Source of the DNA: Callorhinchus milii
Lineage: Eukaryota
Reading direction: 5' to 3'
Assembly: GCF_018977255.1 (NCBI RefSeq)
Contig: NW_024704742.1
Span: 124,808,001-124,872,000 of the forward strand
Length of the DNA: 64,000 nucleotides
In this document: positions 1 through 11,840 of the stretch, in pieces
Layout: each line of letters opens with the position of its first letter
Position numbering within the stretch: position 1 is the first letter of the stretch
Position numbers and translations under genes: made by a program
Notes under the pieces: generated by a model
What the model was told of the DNA's origin: nothing
The model's input: the letters and a program-made list of their open reading frames with translations, nothing else
Databases searched by the model: none

Positions 1-712
1 TATCAGGTCGTCGAGACATCTCAAAGCTCCTCACAGTATATACTGTAAAGTGGATAGACTGTGTATTTTGTGGATGAAACAGTTGTGCACAACAATCTCC
101 CACAAACAGCCAAGGAGTGAATGACCAATTTTATTTGGGGATTGTTGGCCAGGACACTGGGAGAATAATAATAATAATAATCCTTGCATTTGATATAGCG
201 CTTTTCACGTCGGGAGGACGTCCCAAAGTGCTTCACAGAACACACTGTAAAGTGAATTGACTATATTTGTGGGCGAATGCGGCAGCCAATTGCGCAAAGC
301 AATGTCCCACAAAGTCGTAGATTGAAAATGACCAATTTATTATTGGTTTTGGTTTTGGAGGGATTATTATTAGGCATGTGGAGTAAGCAAACTTGCCCAA
401 GGTTTCGCCCTGCCTGGAATTGAACTCAGGTCTCTCACTTGCAAAACGAGTGCTCTAACCACTGAGCTACAGGACTCCCCAAAACTCCCTTTTGTTTTCG
501 AATCGTGCCATGGGATCTTTAAAGTCCACGTGAACGGACAAACGTGGCTTTAGTTTAATGTCTTATCTGAAAAACGCACCTCTGACAATGGAGCACATCC
601 CCTGGAGCACAATGGAGTCTCAACTGGAATATATGAGGTCCAGGTCCCAACATGGGACTTAAATTCAGGACCTTGTGACTTAGAGATGAGAGTAAAACTG
701 AAATTGGCCGAC
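1..712 (-). mobile_element. Old Deu-domain tRNA-derived SINE, split by a younger SINE (pieces 1-163 and 481-712)
   Basis: Deu-like core on the minus strand (reverse complement of gtgccatgggatctttaa and gttggccaggacactgggagaa). The pieces rejoin as ggagaa|aactccc. Confidence 0.8.
164..480 (-). mobile_element. Young tRNA-Ala-headed SINE, short subfamily, full length
   Basis: Minus strand reads ggagtcctgtagctcagtggttagagcactcgttttgcaagtgagagacctgagttcaattcc (A and B boxes), then body, 3' stem-loop and (TTA)n tail. Confidence 0.9.
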
Positions 713-777
713 ACATCATACAAAGAATGATACAGAAGGAAACAGACTATTCGGCCCATTTAGTCCATACTTCACTG

Positions 778-965
778 CAACAACTACAACAAAATTACAT
801 TTGTATAGCGACTTTCACATCGGGAGGAAGTCCCAAGGCGCTGGACAGAATATACTGTAAAGTGAATTAACTATATTTTGTGGGCAAAGTGTGCACAGCA
901 GTGTCCCACAAACAGTTGTGGATTGAAATGACCAGTATATTATTATTATTTTTTTGAAGGAATTA
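778..965 (-). mobile_element. SINE body carrying an L2-type (TTG)n 3' end (chimera)
   Basis: SINE body ...cactttacagtatattctg continues into tccagcgccttgggacttcctcccgatgtgaaagtcgctatacaaatgtaattttgttg, the L2 tail also seen at about 41955-42030. Confidence 0.7.
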
Positions 966-1677
966 TACATGAGTTCTCACCCCTCTCATTCTCCTCTCCT
1001 GTAACCCTTATTCCCCTCTCCCTCATGTATGTGGATAGATATAGGATGAAGCTGAGCTCCCTCTAGCCCTTACCTGCCACTTATGAGTATGATGAACACA
1101 TGCATTTCATTACAATTCCAACACAGTACACAATGGAACAGAGTGCAGGTTCCTGAGTATGTCTGCTCAAATGGAGAGATCACAGGTCAACGGCAAATAC
1201 AAAGAGCAAACGGGTAATTTTTTCCTTAGAAGGGGGAAAAGGAAAATGTTTCCTGGGGCCATTCAATCTCCCTTTCCCCTCCCCTCCCTCCAAAGAAATT
1301 TCAGCCTCTCAGTTGGAGAATCTGTGTCGGGGGAGGCAGCAGAAGATATTAACACAAGACTTTTGAACATTCAATATATTTGAGTTCAGCAAAATAAATT
1401 TAAAACAAGACATGCTGTCAGAATGATCCTAAGTTTCCTTGTAATTAAATATTTCAGATACACCCTCAACTCCCAGTAATTTTCCAATACAGAGTCTTGA
1501 ATTTCCAAATACTCTTTGAGCTCAGTGAAGCTTCACATCACTGCCAACATGTTTAAACTCATTTCTATAAACAGTAAGCATCCAGTCCCACCCTTTCTGG
1601 TTAGTTTCAACTGCTAAGAAATTGTAAACATTGAAACACAAGGGTCTGAAAGAAATTGACAGGTGATTTTGTTGTGT

Positions 1678-1830
1678 TGCAATACAATATACATTTATAT
1701 AGCTCTTTTCAAGTTGGGTGGAAGTCACAAAGTGCTTCACAGTGGTCAGGCACCTGAGTTGCAGGTGGTAGCTGAGGGATTGAGAGGGGAAAGACACCAA
1801 AGGCGGTCAAAGAGATATATATGGAGTGCG
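1678..1830 (-). mobile_element. Old L2 3' UTR remnant
   Basis: catttatatagc...aaagtgcttcaca tail followed by purine-rich UTR; similar to 30280-30470. Confidence 0.5.
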
Positions 1831-2721
1831 AAATTGAGAATGGATGAATTGAGATTCCAAGTTGGCAGTGTTTGACACAAGGCTGGTTGTTTTTGCTGGG
1901 TGTTTTGCTGGCACAACTTTTCACAGTCTTGGAATTGTGATTCTTCAGCCAATCCAATATTCTCAAACCAGACTTCACTAATCTAAAGCCACAAGCAGCA
2001 AAACACTTCCAGTTTGCAAATATCCCATTGTAAATACCATAATGTACTAGTGTATATTAGGGGCACAATCTAAATAAGACTGGGTAATTATTTTGTGTTA
2101 TCTTATCACTCTTTTTTATCTAACTTTATCAGGCAGTACCACTCTGTAATTGATAATTCTGAGGTAGTTGAACATACACTTTACAAACTAAGCAATTTCT
2201 TGCCAGGACTGCAAAGTGCTTTGATTCTGCTTAATGCCTAACTTTAATGAAACTGAAAAGTTAGGAAGAAGGAATGGTAGATCTGAACCTAGGTACATCT
2301 ATCCTCTAGTGATTTTTCCAATACTAAAAAGAAGTAATACCCTGCTTCCGTCAATATTTAATGCTGTACAGGCTACAGTAAGGGGAGAGGCCACATCATG
2401 AACAAGTTAACCTCAAAAGCTGAATGAATTTGAAGCCCTAGACTAAATATATTATTTCTTCCAGCTCATGTGATTATTCTTGACACTTCAGCAGTCAGTC
2501 ATAAACAATCACTCAGACAGACAGTGACACCATTTACATTGATTCTTTCCAGGGTCACCCGAAGAAGTCATGTGTTGAGATTTTAACTTGATCAGCAGTG
2601 TTCAAACAAACATCAAAGAAGTGTATTACTAAGATTGCATTGTGGTTCTGAACCACAGTCTATGCACTGCAGTTAAAAAAATCAGTGAAGTCATAAAGCA
2701 CAACATACAACCTTTACGGCC

Positions 2722-3060
2722 TTTTTTGGTAATTCGGGTGTCTGATACTCATGGAAACCCTTTACTATTCTTAAGAGCCTCCAGACCAAACTACTGAGAG
2801 ATCTGCATATTGTATGTATGTACGGTGTCTGATCATCTGGAATGGAATGCACTCTCTTTCCCCAGAGAGATGCACCCTGCTCACCTAATCTCTGAGAATT
2901 TAGGTGTAGGGTGGTAAGGTTCAAAGCTTGGGGTCCCCAGAGCGTGAGTGGATGATCTGCTGGAGTTTAACCAGTTAAAGCTGCATTTTACTACTGTATT
3001 ACAGAGCCTCTTGCTGCTTGTCCAGTAAGGATCATCCTACCTGTTAGGGCTTTAGTTTGC
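2722..3060 (+). repeat. Unclassified interspersed repeat (family X), copy 1
   Basis: Collinear with the copy from 32331: tcgggtgtctgatac, cttaagagc, cactctct..cagagagatg, aagcttgg, tgctggagtttaaccag. Confidence 0.7.
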
Positions 3061-3184
3061 AGGATTATTAGGATCCAAGTAGGAAGAACCACAGCTCTCA
3101 GTTTTTAGGTCTAAATTTCTTGATGGGATTTTTTGATAATGAATCTAAGACATGGAAATTGGAACTCCTTTCAGTAACAGAAGT

Positions 3185-3457
3185 ATAATAATAATAATTC
3201 TTGCATTTGATATAGCGCTTTTCACGTCTTCTAGACGTCTCAAAGCGTTTCACAGAATATTCTGTAAAGCACAGCAGTGTCCCACAAACAGTCGTGGATT
3301 GAAAATGACTGATTTATTATTGTTTTTTGTTTTGGAGTGATTATTACTAGTCGTGTGGAGTAAGGAAACTTGCTCAAGGTTTCGCTCTGCCTAGAATTGA
3401 ACCCAGGTGTCTCGCTTGCAAGGCGAGTGCTCTAACCACTGAGCTACAGGTCTCCAA
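3185..3457 (-). mobile_element. Young tRNA-Ala-headed SINE, short subfamily, with internal deletion
   Basis: (TTA)n tail, stem-loop acgtc-tagaa-gacgt, tRNA head with CTCGC-CTTGCAA-GCGAG arm. Confidence 0.9.
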
Positions 3458-3961
3458 AGTACATGTTTCCCATCGGAACTCTGTTCTGGTATGAGCTAGT
3501 TCCTATGATGAAGGGAGTTCTAGTATTTCTTAATGGATTCTTTATTAAGGAATCACAGTCATTCAAATGGACAAAGTATATCACACCTCTTGTGAGAATA
3601 CTGCTCATTAAGGAATTGCTTTAAGAAATACGGCAAATTAGACACCAATCTTATTTCCATTCTCTCCTCATCGAATATACGATATTAACACATCTGATCT
3701 GCTCCCATTGAAGAAACTCATGGTGGGTCTTTGAGCTAACACTCCAGGCCAGAGTAGTCCGACTGGCATCCCCCGGTCTGACTTCATCTGGCCCCCACTC
3801 CCTCAATTTCACCTGGGCCACCCGCTCCCTCCATAACCCGTAAATGTTATGTTTCTGGACGCAAAACGCAAATATATTGCTTATGCCGCCCGCGGAGGTT
3901 TCTCAAATAGGGTACACGGCCTTCAGCAACCAAAAGGTTGGACCAACAAAAACAACAAATT

Positions 3962-5310
3962 GCAGGAGGGTCTTGAGATGGGTCTTGAAGGAGGCAATGA
4001 AGAGGGCGAGGTGGAGGGACTGTAGGATGAAATTCCAGAGGGTGGGGACAGAGGGGCTGAAGGCTTGCCTGCCAATGGTGGGGCGGGCAAGGCGGGGAAC
4101 GTGAAGCAGGCCAGAGCTGCTGAACAGAGGGAGCGGACAGTCCGGTAGGGAAACCTGGGTACCTTGTTTGACCCTGAACTGTTCTTTCTCCCCCACATCC
4201 GCACCATGACCTGCACTGCCTACCACCACCTCTGCAACATTGCCAGACTCCGCCACTGCTTCACACCTCAGGCTGCCGAAACCCTCACCCACGCATTCAT
4301 CACATCAAGGCTCGATTACGGGAACTTCCTCCTCATCGGCCTTACCAACTCTTCCCTTCACAAGCTGAAGATAATCCAAAACTCTGCAGCTCATGTATTC
4401 TCGCGCACCAGGCTCCGTGACTCCATCACTCTCACCCTCGCCCGACTCCACTGGCTTCCCATCCCCCAGAGGATCGAATTCAAGATCTTCATCCTCACCT
4501 TTAAGGCCATCCATGGACTTGCCCCCTCGTACCTCTCTGACCTGCTGACTCCCTACCAACCTGCCCGCTCCCTCCGTTCATCGGGCTCCAGCCTGCTCCA
4601 TGTCTCCCGCCCAACTTGCCCTACCATCGGTGGCTGGGCTTTCAGCCTCTCTGCTCCCACACTGTGGAACTCCATCCCATGGTCCCTTTGTCTCGTTTCC
4701 TCCCTTATGTCTTTGAAGGCCGGTCTCAAGACCCTCTTCGATCGTGCCTTTGGTCACCCTTCCACCTCTCTGCCTTCCCTCTCCCCTACACCACCCCTCC
4801 CCCATGCTAGGGCCCCGACACCTGTTGTTCAGCACTTTGGGACTTTCTCCCGATGTGAAAGGCACTCTATAAATGTAATTTTGTTGCTGTTGTTATTGTT
4901 GTTGTAGGGGGTTAGGAGGTCACAGTGGTAGGGGGGAGCAAGATCATGGAGGGCTTTGAAGCTGAGAACCAGGATCTTGAACTGTATCCTCTGAGTGATG
5001 GGGAGCCAGTGGAGCTGGGTGAGGATGGGGTGATAGGGTTGCAGAGCCTGGTGAGGGAGAAGTCATTGGCTGCTGACTTCTGGATGATCTGCTGCCTGTG
5101 GAGGGAGGAGTTGGGGAAGTCAACAAGCAATTCAGCCTGGATGTGATGAATGCATGGATGAGAGGCAGTGGGGGAGCTGGCCAATGTTGCCAGTGGGGAA
5201 AAGCGGAGCAGATCATGGCACGGATGTAGGGGATGAAGGACAGTTGAAGGTCGAACAGGACGATGAGGTTCCGTATTGGCTCTGTGAGGTGTAAAGTGAG
5301 GACCACTCTG
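3962..5310 (-). mobile_element. Older L2 LINE 3' fragment, split by a younger L2 (pieces 3962-4150 and 4904-5310)
   Basis: Minus-strand translations give L2 ORF2 C-terminal motifs (EPIRNLIVLFDLQLSF; RPTIGRQAFS). The pieces are contiguous across GTAGGG. Confidence 0.8.
4151..4903 (+). mobile_element. 5'-truncated L2 LINE (ORF2 C-terminus, 3' UTR, (TTG)n tail)
   Basis: ORF 4164-4907 has [33 protein letters not shown]. Flanked by GTAGGG at 4145-4150 and 4904-4909. Confidence 0.95.
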
Positions 5311-6511
5311 CTCTAGGCTGATATTACAAAACAATGCTGGGGAAAGTGCCTCATTGCCAGATATGGCATCCTTTGAATGAGATGAGGTGAATGTCAATTT
5401 ACTCTATTTGAAAAGAGAAGGGTGTTTCTCCCAGTGTCTTGTCAACAATCCCCTCCACATAATAAAAAAAAGTCATGATTTGATGACTGTTTCTGGAACA
5501 TTGCTGTGTACAAATAGGTTCTGGCATTCACCTACAAAATACAGTCATTGCACTTCACAGTAAAAATCTTGTGAAGATCTTTGAAAACACATCATTGATG
5601 TATTAACAACAACAACTTCCATTTATAATAGCGACCCTATTGCATGGCAGAATCCCAGAGTGTTTGACAGTGGTGGAGCATGACCCTGAGCCGGGGAGAG
5701 GGGGAGGTGTGCGCAGTCTCAGAATCCTATTGGATTTCTTCCTCCTCCAACTTAGCATTGAACCTTTGTCATCTTACAGCATAGAGCTATGACAAATTAA
5801 GTGAAATACCAGAGGGCAAGATGTAAATAAATGACACCGGGGTAGGGGACATCAAGAGACATATACTCCAATTTGTTAATTCTTCATGCCCTGGCAAAAT
5901 ACCTTTCAGCCTTTGTCACAGAGTATAATAACAGGGTTAGGGACTTTGACAATAGGACGTTCACTGGTGATGGGACTCCAATGCTGCTTTATTTGGAAAG
6001 AAGAAAATTTAACACATTCAGGGAGTCATGGTTGCTGAAAAGACAAGCAGTAGTGAGTTCACCTGCTTTGAAGGTCACTTTTCTAACTACAGAAACACCT
6101 GAATAAACAAGAGTGGACGTTTTCAAGCATTTCAATTTGAAAAAATGTTCACATTTTGTCATCATATAACAATAATGATAATCCCTGCATGTGATATAGT
6201 CAATCACATCATCGAGGCTTCACAGGTTAGAAGATAAATAATAAATTCAGCTCATTTTGTCTTTGCTGGCACTGGCAAAAACCGTGCAAGTCACTCATTG
6301 ACAACAATGATTGTGGAAAGAGCAATCCATTCAACTCACTTTACAATATATTCTGTGAAGTGCTTTGAGACGTCTCAAAGACATAATAAGGTGCTATATC
6401 AAATCCAAGGATTCAGTCCCATATACCTGCTTTTTCTATATATCCCTGCAAATTAATCCTATTAAAATATCCCCTCTTGAAAGCCGATATGAATCCTATT
6501 CTGACCAACAC

Positions 6512-6860
6512 ACACTGGCGGTGCTAGGCAATGCAACCCAAGCAATTGCATAGGGCAGCGAGGAGGACCCTGGTCATCGTGACTTATTTACTTGTGAACT
6601 CACAAGCTCTGGGCCAGGCCCCACTCCGCTCTGAAAACCCACTGAAATCGCCTCCCACCAACCGAAGTGGGGTGCACGGTGTGATGGACACCTCACCGCA
6701 GCAAATCCGAAGTTGCTCCGGGCCCACAATGGCCGCTTTCCAGCCATTAGTCACACTGTTGGGGTGGGACATCCACTCACGAAGTTCGGCTGCTCAGGGA
6801 CCCACTGGCAACACTGGTCGGGGCCCTGGAATCAAGCTTTGCATTGCGGCCTTGGAAGCA
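6512..6860. mobile_element. Possible hAT-like non-autonomous DNA transposon remnant
   Basis: GC/CpG-rich island starting cactggcggtgctagg...gcaattgcatagggc, resembling ends of vertebrate hAT non-autonomous elements. No second TIR or TSD seen. Confidence 0.3.
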
Positions 6861-7614
6861 TATTGAAGACATGATAAGGCACTATATCAAGGATTATTAT
6901 TACTGAATAAAATTCTGAATAAAAAATCCTCCTAATTTCCCCATTTGCATCCTTGCTATTTTAAATTAATGCTCTCTAATCACTGACTTGCTCTCTAGTC
7001 ACTTATAACTGATAATTTTGACTGTACTAACTTCTTTGAGCTCATATTCTGGGCTGACATTCCATTGAAATGCTTGGGTTGGGCTAAATTATCAAAAAGA
7101 CGTGCCTTCTTTCGATGAAATGTTATATCTACCTGTTCAGGGGATGTTAAAGATTCCACGACCCTATTTATAAAGAGAAGAGGTATCCTGAACAACAATT
7201 CTAAAGATAAAATTGGTCATTTCTTAATTTTTTTATGGGACATTGGCCTACCAAAATTAGCTGCCACATCTGCCTAGAAATACAGTTATCGCACTGTAGT
7301 AAATCCTGTGAGGCACTTTATAATAAAAATAATAATCCTTGCATTTAATTCAGCACCTTATCATGCGATATCAAATGGCGTGATGAATAGCTTAAAATGT
7401 TCTGGGACTTTACCCTGCATGAGGTTTGTTGGCCAGAATTGTTGGCCAGGACACCAGGAGAAACTTCCTTCTCTTTCGAATGCTGCTATGAAATCTTTAA
7501 TGTCCACTTGGAATTCCTTTCATTCTTTACCACAGGCACTAACAGGGTCAGGGGCTTCAGCATATGGGACATTCACTGGTGAAGGGACACCAGTACTGCA
7601 CTATTTTAAAATAG

Positions 7615-7790
7615 CAATATAAGAGGTTTAGGGTTGCAAAGGGCAATTTTGGGGCAGATTCCAGGAAATTTTCCCCTGAGGGTAATTAACGACTGGAACA
7701 GGAATCCAGGAATCATCATTGAGGCCTGGACGCTGGTTTCAGTTAAAAAGCATCTTGGTGCTGTGATGGAGGATGCTAGAGAGGGCATTC
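7615..7790 (+). mobile_element. CR1-clade LINE 3' end remnant
   Basis: aggaaattttcccctgagggtaattaacgactggaacag resembles the CR1 ORF2 C-terminal F.F..RV...WN.LP coding segment; homologous to 56930-57160. Confidence 0.6.
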
Positions 7791-10056
7791 TGGAAACATG
7801 AGATCTTTGTGTCATTCCTGATACCTCCCTTGCTGACATCAGCTAACTCAACATGGACTCAAGAAACCGTTTGATCTACATGGTTCCGCTACTCAGAAAT
7901 CAACTCATTGAACCTTTGAGGGAGCTTCCTTCTTTATCAAGTCCTGTATATTCCGTTTAAATGCCTATTCATACTTAGCAATATTGTTGGTCTGCTTTGA
8001 TCACTGTTTATATGGGAACACCCTGACCACTGGAAGCTGGTTTGGAGAACATTCAGCATTTTTTTTCTGAACAGGGAACTTTTAAACAAAACATGCATTG
8101 CTTTGCACAAGGAAAGGAGAGGCGCCAAAGACTATTTATATCTCTAGATAGAAACAAAGGAAAATAACTATAGTGAAGCATTTGAGCTAATTCCTGTGTT
8201 TTTTTTCCCAAAGTGTAAAACAAAAAAAGACCAAGATTTCAGTTGAACTCTGTGTGAGTGACCAAACCTTTTCCATGGAAACATTAGTAGTGTTTCTTCT
8301 AAGACACTGTGTACTATTATGAATCAACCGTAATACCAAGGCTCATTACATTACCATTAAAACTCAGTTCAAAGACGCTGAACCACAATGCTGGACAACT
8401 AGCAAAATCACAGATGTAAAGCAAAGCTAACAATAATAATTATAAGTCTTGCATTTGATATAGCGCCTTATCATGTCATTGAGACGTCTCAAAGCGCTTC
8501 ACAGAATATACCGTAAAGTGAATTTACTGTACATTTTGTGGGCTTAAGCTATCTATAATATGCAAAACAAGTGAAGGTTTGATTTATTTGTATATATTCC
8601 CCCAGGAATTTTGCTACCCTTGTAAGGTCCACTTTGAAAAGCTCATTTATTAAAAAAGAGTGAGAAAATTTACCTGTATGTGGTTTTCGCTTTATCAATT
8701 GCAAGTGAAAGCAAACATTCAAATAATCTGCTTTGAGCTGAGCTCCCGATTTTGGATGAACCAAAGGCACTCGATAACACTGCAAGCACCTCATTCATTT
8801 CTCAGCACGTTTTCTTTGCATTAGGTTCGCAATGTTTACATGAACATCGAGCTCACTGAGACACAAAGGAAGCAAATTAACTGACAAAATCTGTTTTCTT
8901 TCAGCACTGAAGTAGAATCAAACATACAGAGGAGCCACCGATCATTGATAGCCCATGAAACTGCAGATGCAGTTAGTCAGCACTGTTTAGTAAGTAAAGC
9001 CTAGACTGTCAACATGCCAGCAGACTGGGCTGTAACATTTACATGGGCAACCGAATGCAAGATGAATAATTTATCACTGCTGATCAATCCAAAAAAAAGC
9101 TTCTTACCTTTCATCAGGATCAGAGCTATGCATTCCAGCTTCCAGAACATGATAGGTCTTGTATTTTCCTCTTCCCCCCCCCCCCCCACAACAAATGCGA
9201 ACAGATTTTGCTCAGTAGAGAGAGAGAAAGGCTATTCTGCTCCTGTCTGTGTGTGTGTGAACTGAACTTGAACAAGTGACAACTCCTGAAGTTTCGCAGT
9301 GCTCCGAGAGTGCAGGAAGTATGAGGAAATTTCAAGGCATTTCCTGTTTGCCCGAGATGACAGAGGATAAAAAAGTTTACTACTGTACACACATTCTGTA
9401 TTAAGATTGATGGCCAGATGCTTACATCTATTTCAGATGCCACATGGCTGCACTGAAAGCAACATTTAAACATCCAAACGCACTGCAGGCGAGAGCTCGG
9501 TCGAGGTCAGAACAGGAGGATATTAATGTTTACTTTAACTTGCCAGTGAAAGAAACATCATATGAGGATCATAAGGGGTCATTATGAAAGAGCTGTTCAT
9601 CGTGAAAGCAACAAGAAGAGCAGAGAACGTGGGGAAAGCTGCATAAATAAATCAAGTCAATATTTCTCAAAGTTTCTCTCTCTCTGCATATATGGATGCT
9701 CTGTTTCGATCCAAAGCTCTTTTCTATTTTAATAGTGTATCTTGGAAAACAAACTGGATTTATTTAGACAACGCTGGAGCAATGAATGTTGCTAACCTTA
9801 TTTGGAGAAAAATCCAGTCTAGTTTCTTCGTTTTTTCAGGTTTCCAGAAACAAGATTTTTTTCCCCCTCAAAAGAATCATTCCAGATGACAGAGATTAAT
9901 AGAAAAAGCTTTTGAAGAAGGACCAGAAACTATGCCAGTTCTGCCTTTTAGACTTGATTTACATCTATATATTAATGAGAAATTGCTTCTTTCAGAGGAA
10001 ATAAAAGGAATGAATTTTTTCTCCAATGTGAAATTCTCAGAAACAAGACTGATTGT

Positions 10057-10415
10057 GGAGTCCTGTATTATAGCGGTTAGTGCGTTCACCTTGCAAGGGA
10101 AAGGACCAGGGTGCCTAAGGGAAGAAATCTTAGGCAAGTTTCCTTACTCCACACGCCTCTGTTTGCTTAGCAGTAAGTGGAAACCTGGTTGTCAGTCAAT
10201 TGGCAAATCACTTTCCGGAGTGAATAATACCCCCAGATAATAATAATTTGGTCACTCAATACACAACTGGGACACTGCTATGGACAATTGGCTGCTGCAT
10301 TTTGCCACAAAAACATACAGTCAATCTACTTTACACTGTATTCTGTGAAATGCTTTGAGGTGTCTCAATGACGTGATAAGGTACTATATCAAAATGGAAG
10401 GATTATTATTATTAT
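10057..10415 (+). mobile_element. tRNA-Ala-headed SINE, long subfamily
   Basis: Degenerate head, ggcaagtttccttactccacacgcctctgtttgcttagcagtaagtgg segment, body and (TTA)n tail. Confidence 0.85.
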
Positions 10416-10964
10416 ATAACTATGTAATAAAGCAATACATTATTTTTCTTTCTGAGACCTGAGTTGGGGGGCTGGGGGACGGTGGGAGGAATAGTATCAA
10501 GTGCAAGGATTATTATATTATTTTAAAATCAGAAGTCAAGCAGGATTCCAAGGGTTAATCTGTGCTCGGCATCAAAATAACTACCTCACATTTTACACAA
10601 CTAGGTGTTAGAACACTTAGGATCTCGTATTAGGGCCAAGAATTATTCTTCTGCTGTTTGGGCCAGTTGCCAAGATTGGTAAACTTCACACTGGCTGAAG
10701 TTTACTCCCACCAACAAGTACAAGCCTATTAACAAGCCTATTGACCAATGGTGGCAATCCAGTTGCTGATGTTAAATTTACACTGTAGCAAAAGAGCACC
10801 TCAGTAGAAAAACACGTTTTACCAAACAAACATGACAAGAGTGAAAGCTGTCTTTGAGTGACATGAGAACATCAATGTGGGAAGGAGGACCACCAACTTA
10901 ATGGTGAGGAGACATCAGCGGGCCGAAATTCAGCTCAGCAACTTGAGTAGCCACAAAATGAGCA

Positions 10965-11230
10965 ATGATTAAACAAGCTAGGGCTCTTTATTCTTGAGGA
11001 AGATGACTCAGATGGGATCTTACAGAGATGTATAAACTTTCGAATGGGATTGAAAAATTGAAATCACAATACTTTAGGATGTATCAAGACAGTTGAACAA
11101 GAGGACATGAGATTAGAGCTGTAAATGGCGGTTTCAGGACAGATACTAGGAAGTTTTTTTTTAGGCAGAGATTATTCAATGACTGGAACAAGTGCCAGGA
11201 GAGGTGGTACAGTGCTGTTTGAGACATGAA
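10965..11230 (+). mobile_element. CR1-clade LINE ORF2 C-terminal remnant
   Basis: Degenerate LGLF.LE.RRLR.DL.E.YK...TRGH...R..FF..R....WN.LP coding pattern. Confidence 0.7.
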
Positions 11231-11552
11231 AAGTAGGAGACAGTCCCCAAATGAAGTATTATATCCCTGGCCAAATTTGCTGTGTCTTGAGTTCAGTAAC
11301 AGACTCAGCAAGAACAATAATATTTTAAAACAGATACATTCATCAGAGAAACACAGCCATTCATCCTACAAGCTCCTCCAGGACTGCCAGTATCAGAAAC
11401 TGTGGTGATTTAAATTTTTTTTATTTGTGTCCCCATTTTTTACAAAATGTGGTCACCTTAGTGTAAAGGCCACTGTCTACAAAACTGCTACAAGAGTTGA
11501 TATGGAGAAATGGTGATCTGAATAAACTCTCTATTTTTATATTTGATTGGTT

Positions 11553-11840
11553 AGGCAAGTTTCCTTACTCACACACCTCGGTTTATCTAGCAATAAGTAG
11601 ACTGCTAGGTAACCTGATTGTTAGTCGACTGGCAGATTGCTTTCTGGGGGTAATAATCCCTCCAACAAAATAATAATTTGGACACTTAATCCATGACTGT
11701 TTGTGGGACACTGGGCAATTGGCTGCCGTGTTTTGCCCACAAAGTACACAGTCACTACACTTTACAATTTATTCTGTGAAGTGCTTTGAGATGTCTCAAC
11801 AATGTGATAAGGCACTATATCAAATGCAAGGATTATTATA
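11553..11840 (+). mobile_element. tRNA-headed SINE, long subfamily, 5'-truncated
   Basis: ggcaagtttccttact...atcaaatgcaaggattatta. Confidence 0.85.

Noticed and set aside
405..480. tRNA-Ala(TGC)-like sequence (also at about 3380-3457, 20505, 21456 and 41370-41438)
   Set aside because: No acceptor stem, always fused to a SINE body, and copies are mutated: these are SINE heads, not tRNA genes.
3962..4903. Twin-priming 5' inversion of a single L2
   Set aside because: The inverted piece duplicates sequence present in the plus copy and continues at 4904, so it is a separate host element.
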